Source of the DNA: Verrucomicrobiota bacterium
Lineage (GTDB): Bacteria; Verrucomicrobiota; Verrucomicrobiia; Opitutales; Seribacteraceae
Direction of reading: 5' to 3'
NCBI GenBank assembly: GCA_027622665.1
Contig: JAQBYT010000041.1
Span: 1-34,402 of the forward strand
DNA length: 34,402 nucleotides
Made by a program: the position numbers and the translations under genes. The notes under the pieces are model-generated. The model did not search any database, was not told the origin of the DNA, and saw only the letters and a list, made by a program, of their open reading frames with translations. Each line of letters starts with the position of its first letter. The stretch's first letter is position 1. Shown here in pieces: positions 1 to 8,715 of the stretch.

Positions 1-104
1 GGGCGGGACGATGCGGAATGCCGGGGCGATTCGGTAGTTGGCCTACACTTCCGCCGGATTGCCGCGTCGGAAATTTGTCCTTCCTACGATGACAAAGGTG
101 TGGA

Positions 105-350
105 CTAGTAGGCTTCTCGGCGGTGTTTTACGCGGGTGACCAATACTGTGTCTTCAAGGATAACGAAGAGGATACGGTAGTCGCCCACTCGGTATTTTCT
201 GAAGCCTGCGAATTTACCTTTCAATTCCGGATATTGCTCGGGGTTCCCGGAGAGATCCTTCTCCATTTGGTGGAAGATTCTCGTGAGGTTTTCTTTGCTG
301 CTCTTGGCGAGGTCCTTGGATACTGATTTCTTGAAAGTGATCCTATGCAT
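105..350 (-). CDS. relE: Type II toxin, RelE/ParE family mRNA interferase
   Basis: 81 aa basic protein with RelE-like segments LKGKFAGFRKYRVGDYRILF and RVKHRREAY; start overlaps the antitoxin stop. Confidence 0.9.
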   Translation of the reverse strand: MHRITFKKSVSKDLAKSSKENLTRIFHQMEKDLSGNPEQYPELKGKFAGFRKYRVGDYRILFVILEDTVLVTRVKHRREAY

Positions 351-561
351 CCAAAAGCTTCTTCATTTCATCCAAGGGAACGATGGGGTCGGTCGGATCG
401 CGGAGACGGTCTAGGGCGATTTGAAGGTCGGCCTGCTCCTCCAAGTAGGACTCCAGAGCTTTCTGGATGTGATAGGATCGCGATCTCTCCGTCGTTTTGG
501 CGACTTGGTCGAGTTCTTCGACGAGTGGATCGGGAATACGGACTGATACTGGTGTGCTCAT
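343..561 (-). CDS. Ribbon-helix-helix (CopG/RelB-like) antitoxin
   Basis: From ATG at 561: MSTPVSVRIPDPLVEELDQVAKTTERSRSYHIQKALESYL (RHH pattern), acidic C-terminus; directly upstream of and overlapping the toxin. Confidence 0.88.
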   Translation of the reverse strand: MSTPVSVRIPDPLVEELDQVAKTTERSRSYHIQKALESYLEEQADLQIALDRLRDPTDPIVPLDEMKKLLDA

Positions 562-574
562 GATTCTTAAATAA

Positions 575-611
575 TTGTATACGTTGTAATACAAAAGATA
601 CTTCGTATACG
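575..611 (-). promoter_or_regulatory. Putative TA promoter/operator region
   Basis: AT-rich segment just upstream of the antitoxin ATG with palindromes TTGTA-A-TACAA (584-594), CGTATACG (604-611) and GTATAC (577-582). Confidence 0.55.
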
Positions 612-716
612 CAACTGCAAATGGATCGGGATTCCATTGTCGGTTAGGGCAAGAAAACAGGAAGAGCCGGATACAGGTGGGAACGAGGAGTGATCCTCCT
701 CACTAGGCTCTTGTTC

Positions 717-2384
717 TCAGGGCGAGGTCGGGTTCGGCAAGGTGATGCGACTGGAGCGTACGTCGTTCTCGGGCTTGGCGTCTCGCCCGGAGGAGAGGGT
801 GACCTTGGACTTGATGCGGACGCCTTCGGCATTCGCGGCGGTGGTGGCGTCGAGAAATAGCTTTTCGCTGCGTACCTCCCCGGGGTCGAGGGAACCGATG
901 AGGAAGTTGCGGGTGAGCCCGCCGTACTCGACCTGCAGGGAAACCCCGTTGAGCCATGCGGTGCCCTGGTTCTGGACGTTGACGAGAAAGGGGGTGGTTC
1001 CACCTTTGAGCTCGTCGGGGTCGAAGTAGTAGCCGACCACGGCGGCGTCCTGAATGCCTTCGACCTTGCGGTTCTCTATCCGGCCGATGTTGAGTATGCC
1101 CTTGCCCGTCAAGATGTCGGCGCCGGGCTTTTCGGCCTCGTTAGAATATTCGTAGAGAAGATCGACCACTTGATCGGAGGTCATGCCGGGATTGCGAGAG
1201 ATTTCCGCGGCGAGCGCCCCGGATACGAAGCCCGCGGAGGAAGAAGTACCGGAAAAGGAGACGAGACCCTCTCCCGCCCATGCGGCGTATACGTCTACGC
1301 CGGGCGCTGCGATGTCCACTTCCTCGCCATAGTTGGCGAAGGAGGATTGGCGGCCCTTGGCATCGACCGAAGTAACGCCTACCACGCCTTCATAGCGAGC
1401 GGGAAAGGTGACGCCGCGGGTGCCGTCGTTCCCGACTGCGGCGACTACCAAGGCACCTTTTTCGCGGGCGTAGGCGACGGCGTTTTGCAGGACTTGGCTG
1501 CTGGTGTCCGAGCCGAGGCTGAGGTTGATGACGTCGGCCCCGCGGTCGGCGGCTTCCACTATGCCACGGGCAACGGTGAAGGAATCTCCGCTGCCTTCGC
1601 CGTCGAGGACGCGGATGGAGAGAATTTCGGCCTTGGGAGCGAGTCCCGGCGAACCATCTACCGTTCCGGCGATGAGCGAGGCGATGGCAGTACCGTGCCC
1701 GAGGTATGCGCCGTCGGGTCCGTGCGAACCGCCCACGAGGTCGATCGAGGTGAGCTTGACATCGGCGAGGGAGGGGTGGTCTGCGTTCACACCGGTATCG
1801 AGCAAGGCGACCTTCACTCCCCTGCCCCATTCGCTGCGGTTTTCGGGAACGTCCATCCAGTCGGCGGCGTCTCCCGCGAAGCCTTTTTCTCCGTCGAGGT
1901 ATTCGGGACGTGGCAAGGCAGGAGCCGATACGGTGCGGTTCCATTCCATTTCGGTGTCTTCCTTCCAGTCGCCGAGCATCTCGCGAGCCTTTGCGGGATC
2001 GCGAAGCCGAATGCGCAAACTGGCCAAGGGTCCGGACTCGTCGATCACGTCGATTCCACGAGAAGGTGCCTCCAAGGCAAAGGCGGCCGCCTTTTCGGGA
2101 GAGGAGAAGCCGATGACGACGTCGCGCAGTGGTTTGCGCTTCCGCAACATCAAATCGGCCAAGGCTTCGAAGGAAACGTCGGGCAAGTCGGTTTGGTTTG
2201 TCTTGGGTGGCCGTTTGGGGGTGAACACTTGCCGAGGTTTTTCCCGTGTGGCTCCGTCGGGGGGAGCTTGGTTGGAAGCGACGCCTTCGGAACGGTCCGA
2301 CTGTTTGGTTTTGCCATACCAATAGGACAGGGAAAACGCCACGACAGCCACTAAAAGTATAAGTAATCCTCGATTCACGGACAT
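717..2384 (-). CDS. S8 (subtilisin-like) serine peptidase with N-terminal membrane anchor and C-terminal CARDB/Ig-like domain
   Basis: Catalytic motifs VALLDTG, GHGTAIA, VINLSLG, AAVGNDG, DIAAPG, SGTS; hydrophobic N-terminus; C-terminal VNVQNQG...LDPGE...ENDVRS. Confidence 0.9.
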   Translation of the reverse strand: MSVNRGLLILLVAVVAFSLSYWYGKTKQSDRSEGVASNQAPPDGATREKPRQVFTPKRPPKTNQTDLPDVSFEALADLMLRKRKPLRDVVIGFSSPEKAAAFALEAPSRGIDVIDESGPLASLRIRLRDPAKAREMLGDWKEDTEMEWNRTVSAPALPRPEYLDGEKGFAGDAADWMDVPENRSEWGRGVKVALLDTGVNADHPSLADVKLTSIDLVGGSHGPDGAYLGHGTAIASLIAGTVDGSPGLAPKAEILSIRVLDGEGSGDSFTVARGIVEAADRGADVINLSLGSDTSSQVLQNAVAYAREKGALVVAAVGNDGTRGVTFPARYEGVVGVTSVDAKGRQSSFANYGEEVDIAAPGVDVYAAWAGEGLVSFSGTSSSAGFVSGALAAEISRNPGMTSDQVVDLLYEYSNEAEKPGADILTGKGILNIGRIENRKVEGIQDAAVVGYYFDPDELKGGTTPFLVNVQNQGTAWLNGVSLQVEYGGLTRNFLIGSLDPGEVRSEKLFLDATTAANAEGVRIKSKVTLSSGRDAKPENDVRSSRITLPNPTSP

Positions 2385-2436
2385 TAAACATTTGCCCGGA
2401 TGCGAGATACTCGCAAGACGAAAGCCTTTATTTTAG

Positions 2437-3480
2437 ATGAACTTGCACGAAGATATCGATTTTCTACTGGTTGGCCACGGCTTGGCCGGAGCTTTGCTTG
2501 CGGATAGCCTGGAGCGACGAGGGATGCGTGTTGCGGTCACCGATCCTTATCTGCCCTTTGGGGCGACCAAGGTTGCTGCGGGTATCCTGAACCCTATCAT
2601 AGGGCCGAAGCTGAATGCCCCGTGGCGAATCGAAGATTGCTTGAACAAGGCTCGCGAAACCTACGAGAGACTAGGTAAGGCTTGGGATGTGGAACTGTTT
2701 CGGGAATTCCGAATGGTCCGCATTTTCAAAGATCAAGAAATGGCGGACAGGTGGCGGGTTCGGAAAGTGGAATCCGCGACGGCGCCATTCATGGGAAAAA
2801 CCTTCGGCTCCGAGGAGCTGGGGGAAATGGGGGTGGGTTCTCCCTTTGGCGCCGGAGAAGTTCTTGGCGCGGGTGCCTTGCGTGCCAGGGAACTCATTGA
2901 AGCGTCCCGGAGACACTTGAGCGATGGTGGGCTCTTTTACTCCGAAGCCTTCGACCCGCAGAATGCTCCTTCGGGCCCAAGAATCGTATTCTGCGAAGGC
3001 TTTCGCGTGAAGGACAATCCTTGGTTCAGCGCCCTTCCCTTTGCTCCGGTTCGAGGAGAAATTCTTGAGCTTGCCGACGATCGGACCGATTTTCTGAATG
3101 GGGGCACGTGGTTGTTGCCACGGGGATCGGGCCAAGCATTGGCAGGTTCCACCTTTGACTGGGACGACTTGGAGAGCGGACCGACCGATATCGGAACAAA
3201 AAAGATTTTGGAGGGGCTCCATTATCTGAACGCCCCCAAGCCCTCGGTGACGGGTCGGAGAAGCGGTGTACGACCGGGAACGCGCGATCGCATGCCGATA
3301 ATGGGGACTCATCCCAAAAAACTATCTATCTCTATTTTCAATGGTTTTGGCTCTAGGGGGGGAACCTTGATTCCGCTCTGCACGGAACTCTTCGCCGAAT
3401 ACTTGTTGGAAGAAAAACCGTTGCCCGAGGAACTGGACCTGAGGCGCTTCCCCGAGGCGGATTCCTTGCCTACGCCATGA
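2437..3480 (+). CDS. FAD-dependent oxidoreductase, DAO/glycine-oxidase family (MnmC oxidase-domain-like)
   Basis: LLVGHGLAG Rossmann motif, AAGILNP, PVRGE, GSTF, GVRPGTRDRMPIMG, NGFGSRG. Confidence 0.85.
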   Translation: MNLHEDIDFLLVGHGLAGALLADSLERRGMRVAVTDPYLPFGATKVAAGILNPIIGPKLNAPWRIEDCLNKARETYERLGKAWDVELFREFRMVRIFKDQEMADRWRVRKVESATAPFMGKTFGSEELGEMGVGSPFGAGEVLGAGALRARELIEASRRHLSDGGLFYSEAFDPQNAPSGPRIVFCEGFRVKDNPWFSALPFAPVRGEILELADDRTDFLNGGTWLLPRGSGQALAGSTFDWDDLESGPTDIGTKKILEGLHYLNAPKPSVTGRRSGVRPGTRDRMPIMGTHPKKLSISIFNGFGSRGGTLIPLCTELFAEYLLEEKPLPEELDLRRFPEADSLPTP

Positions 3481-4028
3481 GGCTGGTGGATAGAGCGCAC
3501 GAATTGTTGGGAGAAGTCCTGAGCGAGGGAGACCTCGCGATAGACGCCACGGCGGGCAATGGTCACGACGTCGCTTTTCTGGCTGAAAAGGTCGAGCGTT
3601 CGGGAAAGGTGTACGCCTTCGACCTGCAGAATGAAGCGATTGAAGCGACCGCGAGACTTTTGGCAGAGAAAGGTCTGGAGAACGTGGAACTGCATCAATG
3701 CGGACACGAACGAATGGATGAAGTTCTGCCTCCGGAGATTTTGGGGCAGGTGGCCGCCGTCACCTTTAATCTGGGTTACCTGCCGGGTGGAGACAAATCG
3801 GTGGTCACGCAAACAGCGACCACTCGCTTGGCCTTGCGACTCTCGATGGACTCGTTGCGTCGGGGCGGACTACTGGTGGTGGTGGCTTATCGCGGGCATC
3901 CCGGAGGATCGGAAGAATGCGATGCGGTTAGGGAGGAGCTCTCGTCCCTTACGGAAGATTTATCGGTGGAAGGAGATCCCGCCCCCGATGCCACTTCGCC
4001 TTTGCTGCTAACGGCGAGAAAAGCCTAG
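3477..4028 (+). CDS. mnmM: Class I SAM-dependent methyltransferase, YtqB/MnmM family
   Basis: DATAGNGHD, VYAFDLQ, FNLGYLPGGDKS and YRGHPGG match the YtqB/MnmM family; ATGA overlap with the upstream oxidoreductase. Confidence 0.8.
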   Translation: MRLVDRAHELLGEVLSEGDLAIDATAGNGHDVAFLAEKVERSGKVYAFDLQNEAIEATARLLAEKGLENVELHQCGHERMDEVLPPEILGQVAAVTFNLGYLPGGDKSVVTQTATTRLALRLSMDSLRRGGLLVVVAYRGHPGGSEECDAVREELSSLTEDLSVEGDPAPDATSPLLLTARKA

Positions 4029-5503
4029 CGGGGCAACTTGCGATCGTAGTACTGATCGTTCTTCGGTCGACGTACGGGAATGGACATGCCGCCCGAAGCT
4101 TCCAGTTCGTCGAAGAGCTTTTCCCGCAGTTCCAAGGCTCTCTTGCGAAAAGCGGGGACGGAAATGAGATTGTGCCTTTCGTGGGGGTCGGTAGCTAAGT
4201 CGTAGAAGCCGTTACGGTCCCACAAGCCGTGGTAGAATACGTATTTCTCGTGATCAGTCCGAATGGCGAAGGTGGTGGGGTTTGCGGGAAAGTTCCATTC
4301 CCAGTGGTACTCGTATACGAAATGCGAACGCCAAGGCTTTTTCGGTTTGTCGCCTTTTAGCAGAGGGAGAAAGGAGCTGCCATCCATCTTCGGCTTTTTG
4401 GGAAGGGGTATCCCCGCGAGATCGAGAATGGTGGGGGCCAGATCGACGTTGAGCACCATGTTTTCGACTCTTGAGCCAGGTCTCGTAATGCCGGGAGCCC
4501 GAACGAGCATGGGAATGCGGATGGATTGCTCGAAGGCGTCGCGCTTGTCGTAGAAGCCGTGCTCGCCCAGGGCGAACCCATTGTCGCCGAGGTAGATGAC
4601 GAGGGTGTCGTCCGTTAGTTTCAACTTGTCCAGTCGATTGAGAACTCGTCCGACGTTTTCGTCGAGCCCGTGAACGGTTTCGCAAAAGTCGTAGTACAAC
4701 TCGTCGAAGGAAGGAACGGGATCCTTGTCGAGAGCCCCCGTCTCCATGTGGTCGATGCCATGGATGCCGTACCTTCGCTCCTTGATCCAACGAGACTGCG
4801 AACGATAGTTTTCCTCGGTATTGGCCATAGTTTCGGGATAGTCGATGGGCTTGCCGGCGTAGCGTTTTGCGTGACGCGGCGCGGGTTGGAACGGATAGTG
4901 GACCGCCTTGTAACCGATTTGGAGGAAGAAGGGCTTTCCTGTTTTCGCCTCTCCGGCGACTTGATCGAGCCATGATACGGCTTGGTCGGTGAGGAGATCG
5001 GTGATGTACCCCTCAAACGCCTTTCGCTTTCCGTTTACGTTGAAGGTGGGGTTCATATACACGCCCTGACCGGGAAAACTCACCCAGTGATCAAATCCTT
5101 TGCGGGGCTCGTCGTTCTCGTGCCCCATGTGCCACTTGCCGACGTATCCGGTGCGATAGCCGGCTTTCTGCAGGTATTCGGGAAAAAACCTAGTGGATAG
5201 TGGCACGGGGCGCTGGTTGTCCACGACGTGGTGGTTGCGCATGTATTGCCCCGTGAGGATGGAAGCGCGACTGGGCGAGCAAAGGGAGGTGGTGACGAAA
5301 GCATTGGCGAGATGGGCGCCTTCGCGAGCGAGGCGATCAAAACTGGGGGTTTCGAGAAACTCCGGAGCTTTCTCCATGAAGCCCAAGAAATCGTAGCGGT
5401 GATCGTCGCTGAGGATGAGAACGACGTTTTTTTGTTTCCCAGTGCCTGCAAAGCAGAGGAGGAAGAGGAAAGTAAGGAAAGGGAAGGATCTTAAAACTTT
5501 CAT
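4025..5503 (-). CDS. Exported formylglycine-dependent sulfatase (S1 family)
   Basis: Signal peptide, NVVLILSDD, LCSPSRASILTG (CxPxR), GKWH, GDNG, DLAPT, YDLATDPHE. Confidence 0.93.
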   Translation of the reverse strand: MKVLRSFPFLTFLFLLCFAGTGKQKNVVLILSDDHRYDFLGFMEKAPEFLETPSFDRLAREGAHLANAFVTTSLCSPSRASILTGQYMRNHHVVDNQRPVPLSTRFFPEYLQKAGYRTGYVGKWHMGHENDEPRKGFDHWVSFPGQGVYMNPTFNVNGKRKAFEGYITDLLTDQAVSWLDQVAGEAKTGKPFFLQIGYKAVHYPFQPAPRHAKRYAGKPIDYPETMANTEENYRSQSRWIKERRYGIHGIDHMETGALDKDPVPSFDELYYDFCETVHGLDENVGRVLNRLDKLKLTDDTLVIYLGDNGFALGEHGFYDKRDAFEQSIRIPMLVRAPGITRPGSRVENMVLNVDLAPTILDLAGIPLPKKPKMDGSSFLPLLKGDKPKKPWRSHFVYEYHWEWNFPANPTTFAIRTDHEKYVFYHGLWDRNGFYDLATDPHERHNLISVPAFRKRALELREKLFDELEASGGMSIPVRRPKNDQYYDRKLPR

Positions 5504-5555
5504 AAGAAAAGTAAGGCGCGAGATAAGGTGGTTGTCACTCCGTTTGTGAAGATGC

Positions 5556-6305
5556 CTAGCTTAGTTCTCTACCCAAGGTCATAAGGATTTTCCCTGCCTT
5601 GTTGATTTCTCGATCGCGGATTCGCGCGTTGGATTGGAGAGTTTCCAGATGAGCCCAGAAGGCAGGTGAATGATTCATGTGGCGGAGGTGAGCGAGTTCG
5701 TGAAAGATGACGTAGTCCTGCAAATCGATTCGGAGGAGTAGGAGCCTCCAGTTCAAGGATATGGTGCCCTTGGAAGAGCAAGAACCCCATCGACTCTTTT
5801 GGTCGCCCACCCGAATTTTCTGGACTTCCTCTCCGGCAAATTCGGCGAGGTCATGCACGCGAGGCGGTAGCCAATCCTTAGCCAAGGAGCGTAGCAAAGA
5901 GAGCAACTGATTTTCTATGGGGGCTAATGGATCGAGGCTGAGGTGAAGTTCGCCCTCGGTCTTCGTAGACCAAGATCTTCGACGAGGTCGGGCATTCAAG
6001 CTCATGACCACGGTACGGGTTTCGTTGTCCAAGGAAACTTTTCCTCCTTTGCTGAAATACTGTTCCAGAGAAGGGTTCGTCCGGGGTTCGGAAAGCTTGC
6101 GTTCGAGCCATTTCGAATTGGCTCGGACGAAGTCAATGCCATCGCTTTCCTTGGAGCGGAGAGGGAGGGTGAGAACGATCTCGCCGACGTTCTTGACGCG
6201 GAGGTTCATCCTACGGGCTCGAGGAGATCTCCGAATGCGACAAGACAGCAAAACGGGCCCATCTCCGGATTCAACTTCGACCAACTCTATTTTGTCGTCG
6301 TGCAT
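5556..6305 (-). CDS. YgjP/DUF45 (M48/SprT-like) zinc metallohydrolase
   Basis: From ATG at 6305 (MHDDKIEL): RRSPRARRMNLRV, KSRWGSCS, LNWRL, YVIFHELAHLRHMNHSPAFW (HExxH). Confidence 0.88.
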   Translation of the reverse strand: MHDDKIELVEVESGDGPVLLSCRIRRSPRARRMNLRVKNVGEIVLTLPLRSKESDGIDFVRANSKWLERKLSEPRTNPSLEQYFSKGGKVSLDNETRTVVMSLNARPRRRSWSTKTEGELHLSLDPLAPIENQLLSLLRSLAKDWLPPRVHDLAEFAGEEVQKIRVGDQKSRWGSCSSKGTISLNWRLLLLRIDLQDYVIFHELAHLRHMNHSPAFWAHLETLQSNARIRDREINKAGKILMTLGRELS

Positions 6306-6321
6306 GGTCGGGGTGAAACGC

Positions 6322-7002
6322 TCAATCCTTTTCCAAGGAGGACTGCGGTTCCAATTCTTCGACCATCTCGGAAGCGTAACGGCGCAGAGCCGCCTCGGGA
6401 TCAACTCCCGTTTTTTGACAAGCCGAGACCAGGAGGAAGAGTGCCCGCCCCATCTTGTCCTCGTCCGGTTCATCCTCCGAGGTGTTGTCTTCGGATTCAT
6501 TCCATGAAGCTTTAGCAGCAAGGCCCGCCTTTTCGGCTCGCTTGTAAACGTCCACGGCAAAAAGGAGAGCCGGCAACCGTGGCGGCAAGTCGCGAAATAT
6601 CTTTCGCTTGTCGGGGGGGATGCCTTTGGCGGCCTTTTCCGCGGCCTTGATCTCGTCCCAGCGGGCGAGAACCTCATCGGCAGACTCCAGTTCGGCTCCT
6701 TCGCCAAACACATGGGGATGGCGACGAATAAGCTTTTCGTTTATCTCGCGGGCAACGTCTTCCAAGTCGAAAGATTCCGATTCCTCCGCGATTTGGGAGT
6801 GCATGACAACCTGGAGAAGTAGATCGCCCAGTTCTTCCCGCATGGCAGGCATGTCTTGGTTGTCGATGGTCTCGAGAACCTCCGAAGTCTCCTCGACAAG
6901 GCAACGAGACAGCGACTGGTGCGTCTGTTCGATATCCCATGGGCAACCGTCCGGCTCCCTCAACTTTGCAACTATTTCCCTTAGGCGTTGAATTTCACTC
7001 AC
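6322..7002 (-). CDS. mazG: MazG family nucleoside triphosphate pyrophosphohydrolase
   Basis: Likely GTG start at 7002 (VSEIQRLREIVAKLR); GCPWDIEQTH, EELGDLLLQVVMH, KLIRRHPHVFG; second domain short and degenerate. Confidence 0.9.
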   Translation of the reverse strand: MSEIQRLREIVAKLREPDGCPWDIEQTHQSLSRCLVEETSEVLETIDNQDMPAMREELGDLLLQVVMHSQIAEESESFDLEDVAREINEKLIRRHPHVFGEGAELESADEVLARWDEIKAAEKAAKGIPPDKRKIFRDLPPRLPALLFAVDVYKRAEKAGLAAKASWNESEDNTSEDEPDEDKMGRALFLLVSACQKTGVDPEAALRRYASEMVEELEPQSSLEKD

Positions 7003-7073
7003 GAGAGCGCATGCTGAATAGCTTACGCATTGTGGCAATCTTATCCTGTCGCGAATGCTGATTCTTGCCTCAA

Positions 7074-7868
7074 ATGGACAAACTGACCGAAATAATGAAT
7101 TGGAAGCGGAAGGAGATTGCTCCCCGCATTCGTCCTGTTCGCGACGAAGAACTGATTCGCTTGTCTGAAAAGTTTCCCTTTCGCGGAGCTTTTCGAGATG
7201 CCTTGTCGTCAGCGGACGAACTTTCCGTAATCGCAGAAATAAAGAGGCGTTCACCTTCCGCGGGGGAGATTGCCGATATTCCCGATGCGACTGACCAAGC
7301 CCGCAAGTACGTAAATGCCGAGGTAGACTGCCTCTCCATTCTAACGGATCAGAAGTATTTCGGGGGGCATTTGGACGACCTCTCCGACGTCACGGACTTC
7401 CTGCGAGAGCGGAATCGCCCCCTACCCTGCCTGCGGAAGGATTTCATGGTGCATCCCATTCAGGTAACCGAGGCCGCCGAGGGAGGCGCGAGAGCTATTC
7501 TGATAATCGTTCGCGCTCTATCGGACGATGAGATGAAGGAACTTCGAGAATCTGCGGATCTGGCCGGACTGGACTGCCTCTACGAAGTGCACGAAGAATC
7601 CGAGCTCGATCGCGTGCTTCCTCATAATCCCGAAATCATCGGTGTGAACAACCGAGACCTGACCCGATTCGTCACCGATTTGAGCATCAGCGAGTATCTC
7701 ATTCCGCTAATTCCCGACAACATCATCAAGGTGAGCGAGAGCGGGATCTTAGACGCCGAAGACGCTTGGCGGGTTCGAGATGCCGGGGCGGACGCCATCC
7801 TATGCGGGGAAGCCTTGATGAAGGCGGAAGACCCCGAAAGGCTTGTCGCCGACATGAAGGAAGAATAA
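7074..7868 (+). CDS. trpC: Indole-3-glycerol phosphate synthase
   Basis: IAEIKRRSPSAG, LSILTD, LRKDF, GVNNRDL, VSESGI, GEALMK; ATG at 7074. Confidence 0.95.
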   Translation: MDKLTEIMNWKRKEIAPRIRPVRDEELIRLSEKFPFRGAFRDALSSADELSVIAEIKRRSPSAGEIADIPDATDQARKYVNAEVDCLSILTDQKYFGGHLDDLSDVTDFLRERNRPLPCLRKDFMVHPIQVTEAAEGGARAILIIVRALSDDEMKELRESADLAGLDCLYEVHEESELDRVLPHNPEIIGVNNRDLTRFVTDLSISEYLIPLIPDNIIKVSESGILDAEDAWRVRDAGADAILCGEALMKAEDPERLVADMKEE

Positions 7869-7885
7869 CGGAGATGCTATAAGAC

Positions 7886-8707
7886 ATGCCCCTCACTCCC
7901 ACGGAAACAAGAGCATTGCTCGACAAATTGGGCCATCGTCCCCAGAAAAAACTTGGACAAAATTTCCTTGTCGACGGCAATCTCGTTCGCAAGTCCTTGG
8001 AGATGGCGGATCTGCCCGCCGGTTCGACGGTGGTGGAGATAGGTCCCGGACTCGGCAGTCTCACAGGAGCCTTGCTTGATGGCGGGCATAAAGTATATGC
8101 GGTCGAACTCGACCCTGCTCTCACCTCGCATCTTGAGGAAACTTTTACGGAACAGATCGAGCAAGCTAGACTGAACCTAGTGGAGGCCGATGCCGTACAA
8201 ACACCTATTGGTAAGCTTCCTCAAGAAACGGACGATTTTCACATCGTCGCCAACCTTCCCTATGCGATTTCTTCGCCTTGGTTGGAAGCAGTCCTCGCAA
8301 GCGGAAGGCTTCCTCGGCGTATGGTGCTTATGCTGCAAAAGGAATCCGCGGACCGTTACTTAGCAAAGCATGATTCCAAAAGTTTCGGAGCACTAGCCAT
8401 CTTCCTCGCGGGATCCTTTTCCGGAGGCGACATGCACGTCGTAAGTCGTCGCTGCTTTCATCCCGCGCCCGCGGTCGATTCCGTACTGCTTCGCTTTGAT
8501 CGTCGTGAGGAACCGTTTCTTTTTTCCGGGGAGGTTCGTACATTGGTTCGCCGCCTGTTCACTCGACGTCGCAAGCAATTGGGGGTCTTGGCCAAAACCG
8601 AAAAGCCGGAGGTTCTTCAACGGATCATGGATTGGCTCTCCCGTGAGGGATTGTCACCTACTCTGAGACCCGAGCAAGTGCCCGCCGATAGCTGGCGAAG
8701 TTTGTAG
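7886..8707 (+). CDS. rsmA: 16S rRNA m6,2A dimethyltransferase (KsgA)
   Basis: KKLGQNFLVD, VEIGPGLGSLT, VANLPYAISS, MLQKE, FHPAPAVDS, RRKQL. Confidence 0.95.
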   Translation: MPLTPTETRALLDKLGHRPQKKLGQNFLVDGNLVRKSLEMADLPAGSTVVEIGPGLGSLTGALLDGGHKVYAVELDPALTSHLEETFTEQIEQARLNLVEADAVQTPIGKLPQETDDFHIVANLPYAISSPWLEAVLASGRLPRRMVLMLQKESADRYLAKHDSKSFGALAIFLAGSFSGGDMHVVSRRCFHPAPAVDSVLLRFDRREEPFLFSGEVRTLVRRLFTRRRKQLGVLAKTEKPEVLQRIMDWLSREGLSPTLRPEQVPADSWRSL

Positions 8708-8715
8708 GCTGAACC

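Noticed and set aside
1..104. Possible gene end or structured element at the window start
   Set aside because: Too short, with no recognisable motif
1170..2391. Long alternative ORFs (394, 333 and 273 aa) over the S8 protease
   Set aside because: Shadow ORFs of a GC-rich gene; no recognisable motifs and fully overlapped by a well-supported CDS
6306..6713. 136-codon N-terminal extension of the YgjP ORF overlapping mazG (possible frameshift fusion)
   Set aside because: Extension is low-complexity and Arg/Pro-rich, I saw no slippery site, and an ATG at 6305 follows the mazG stop
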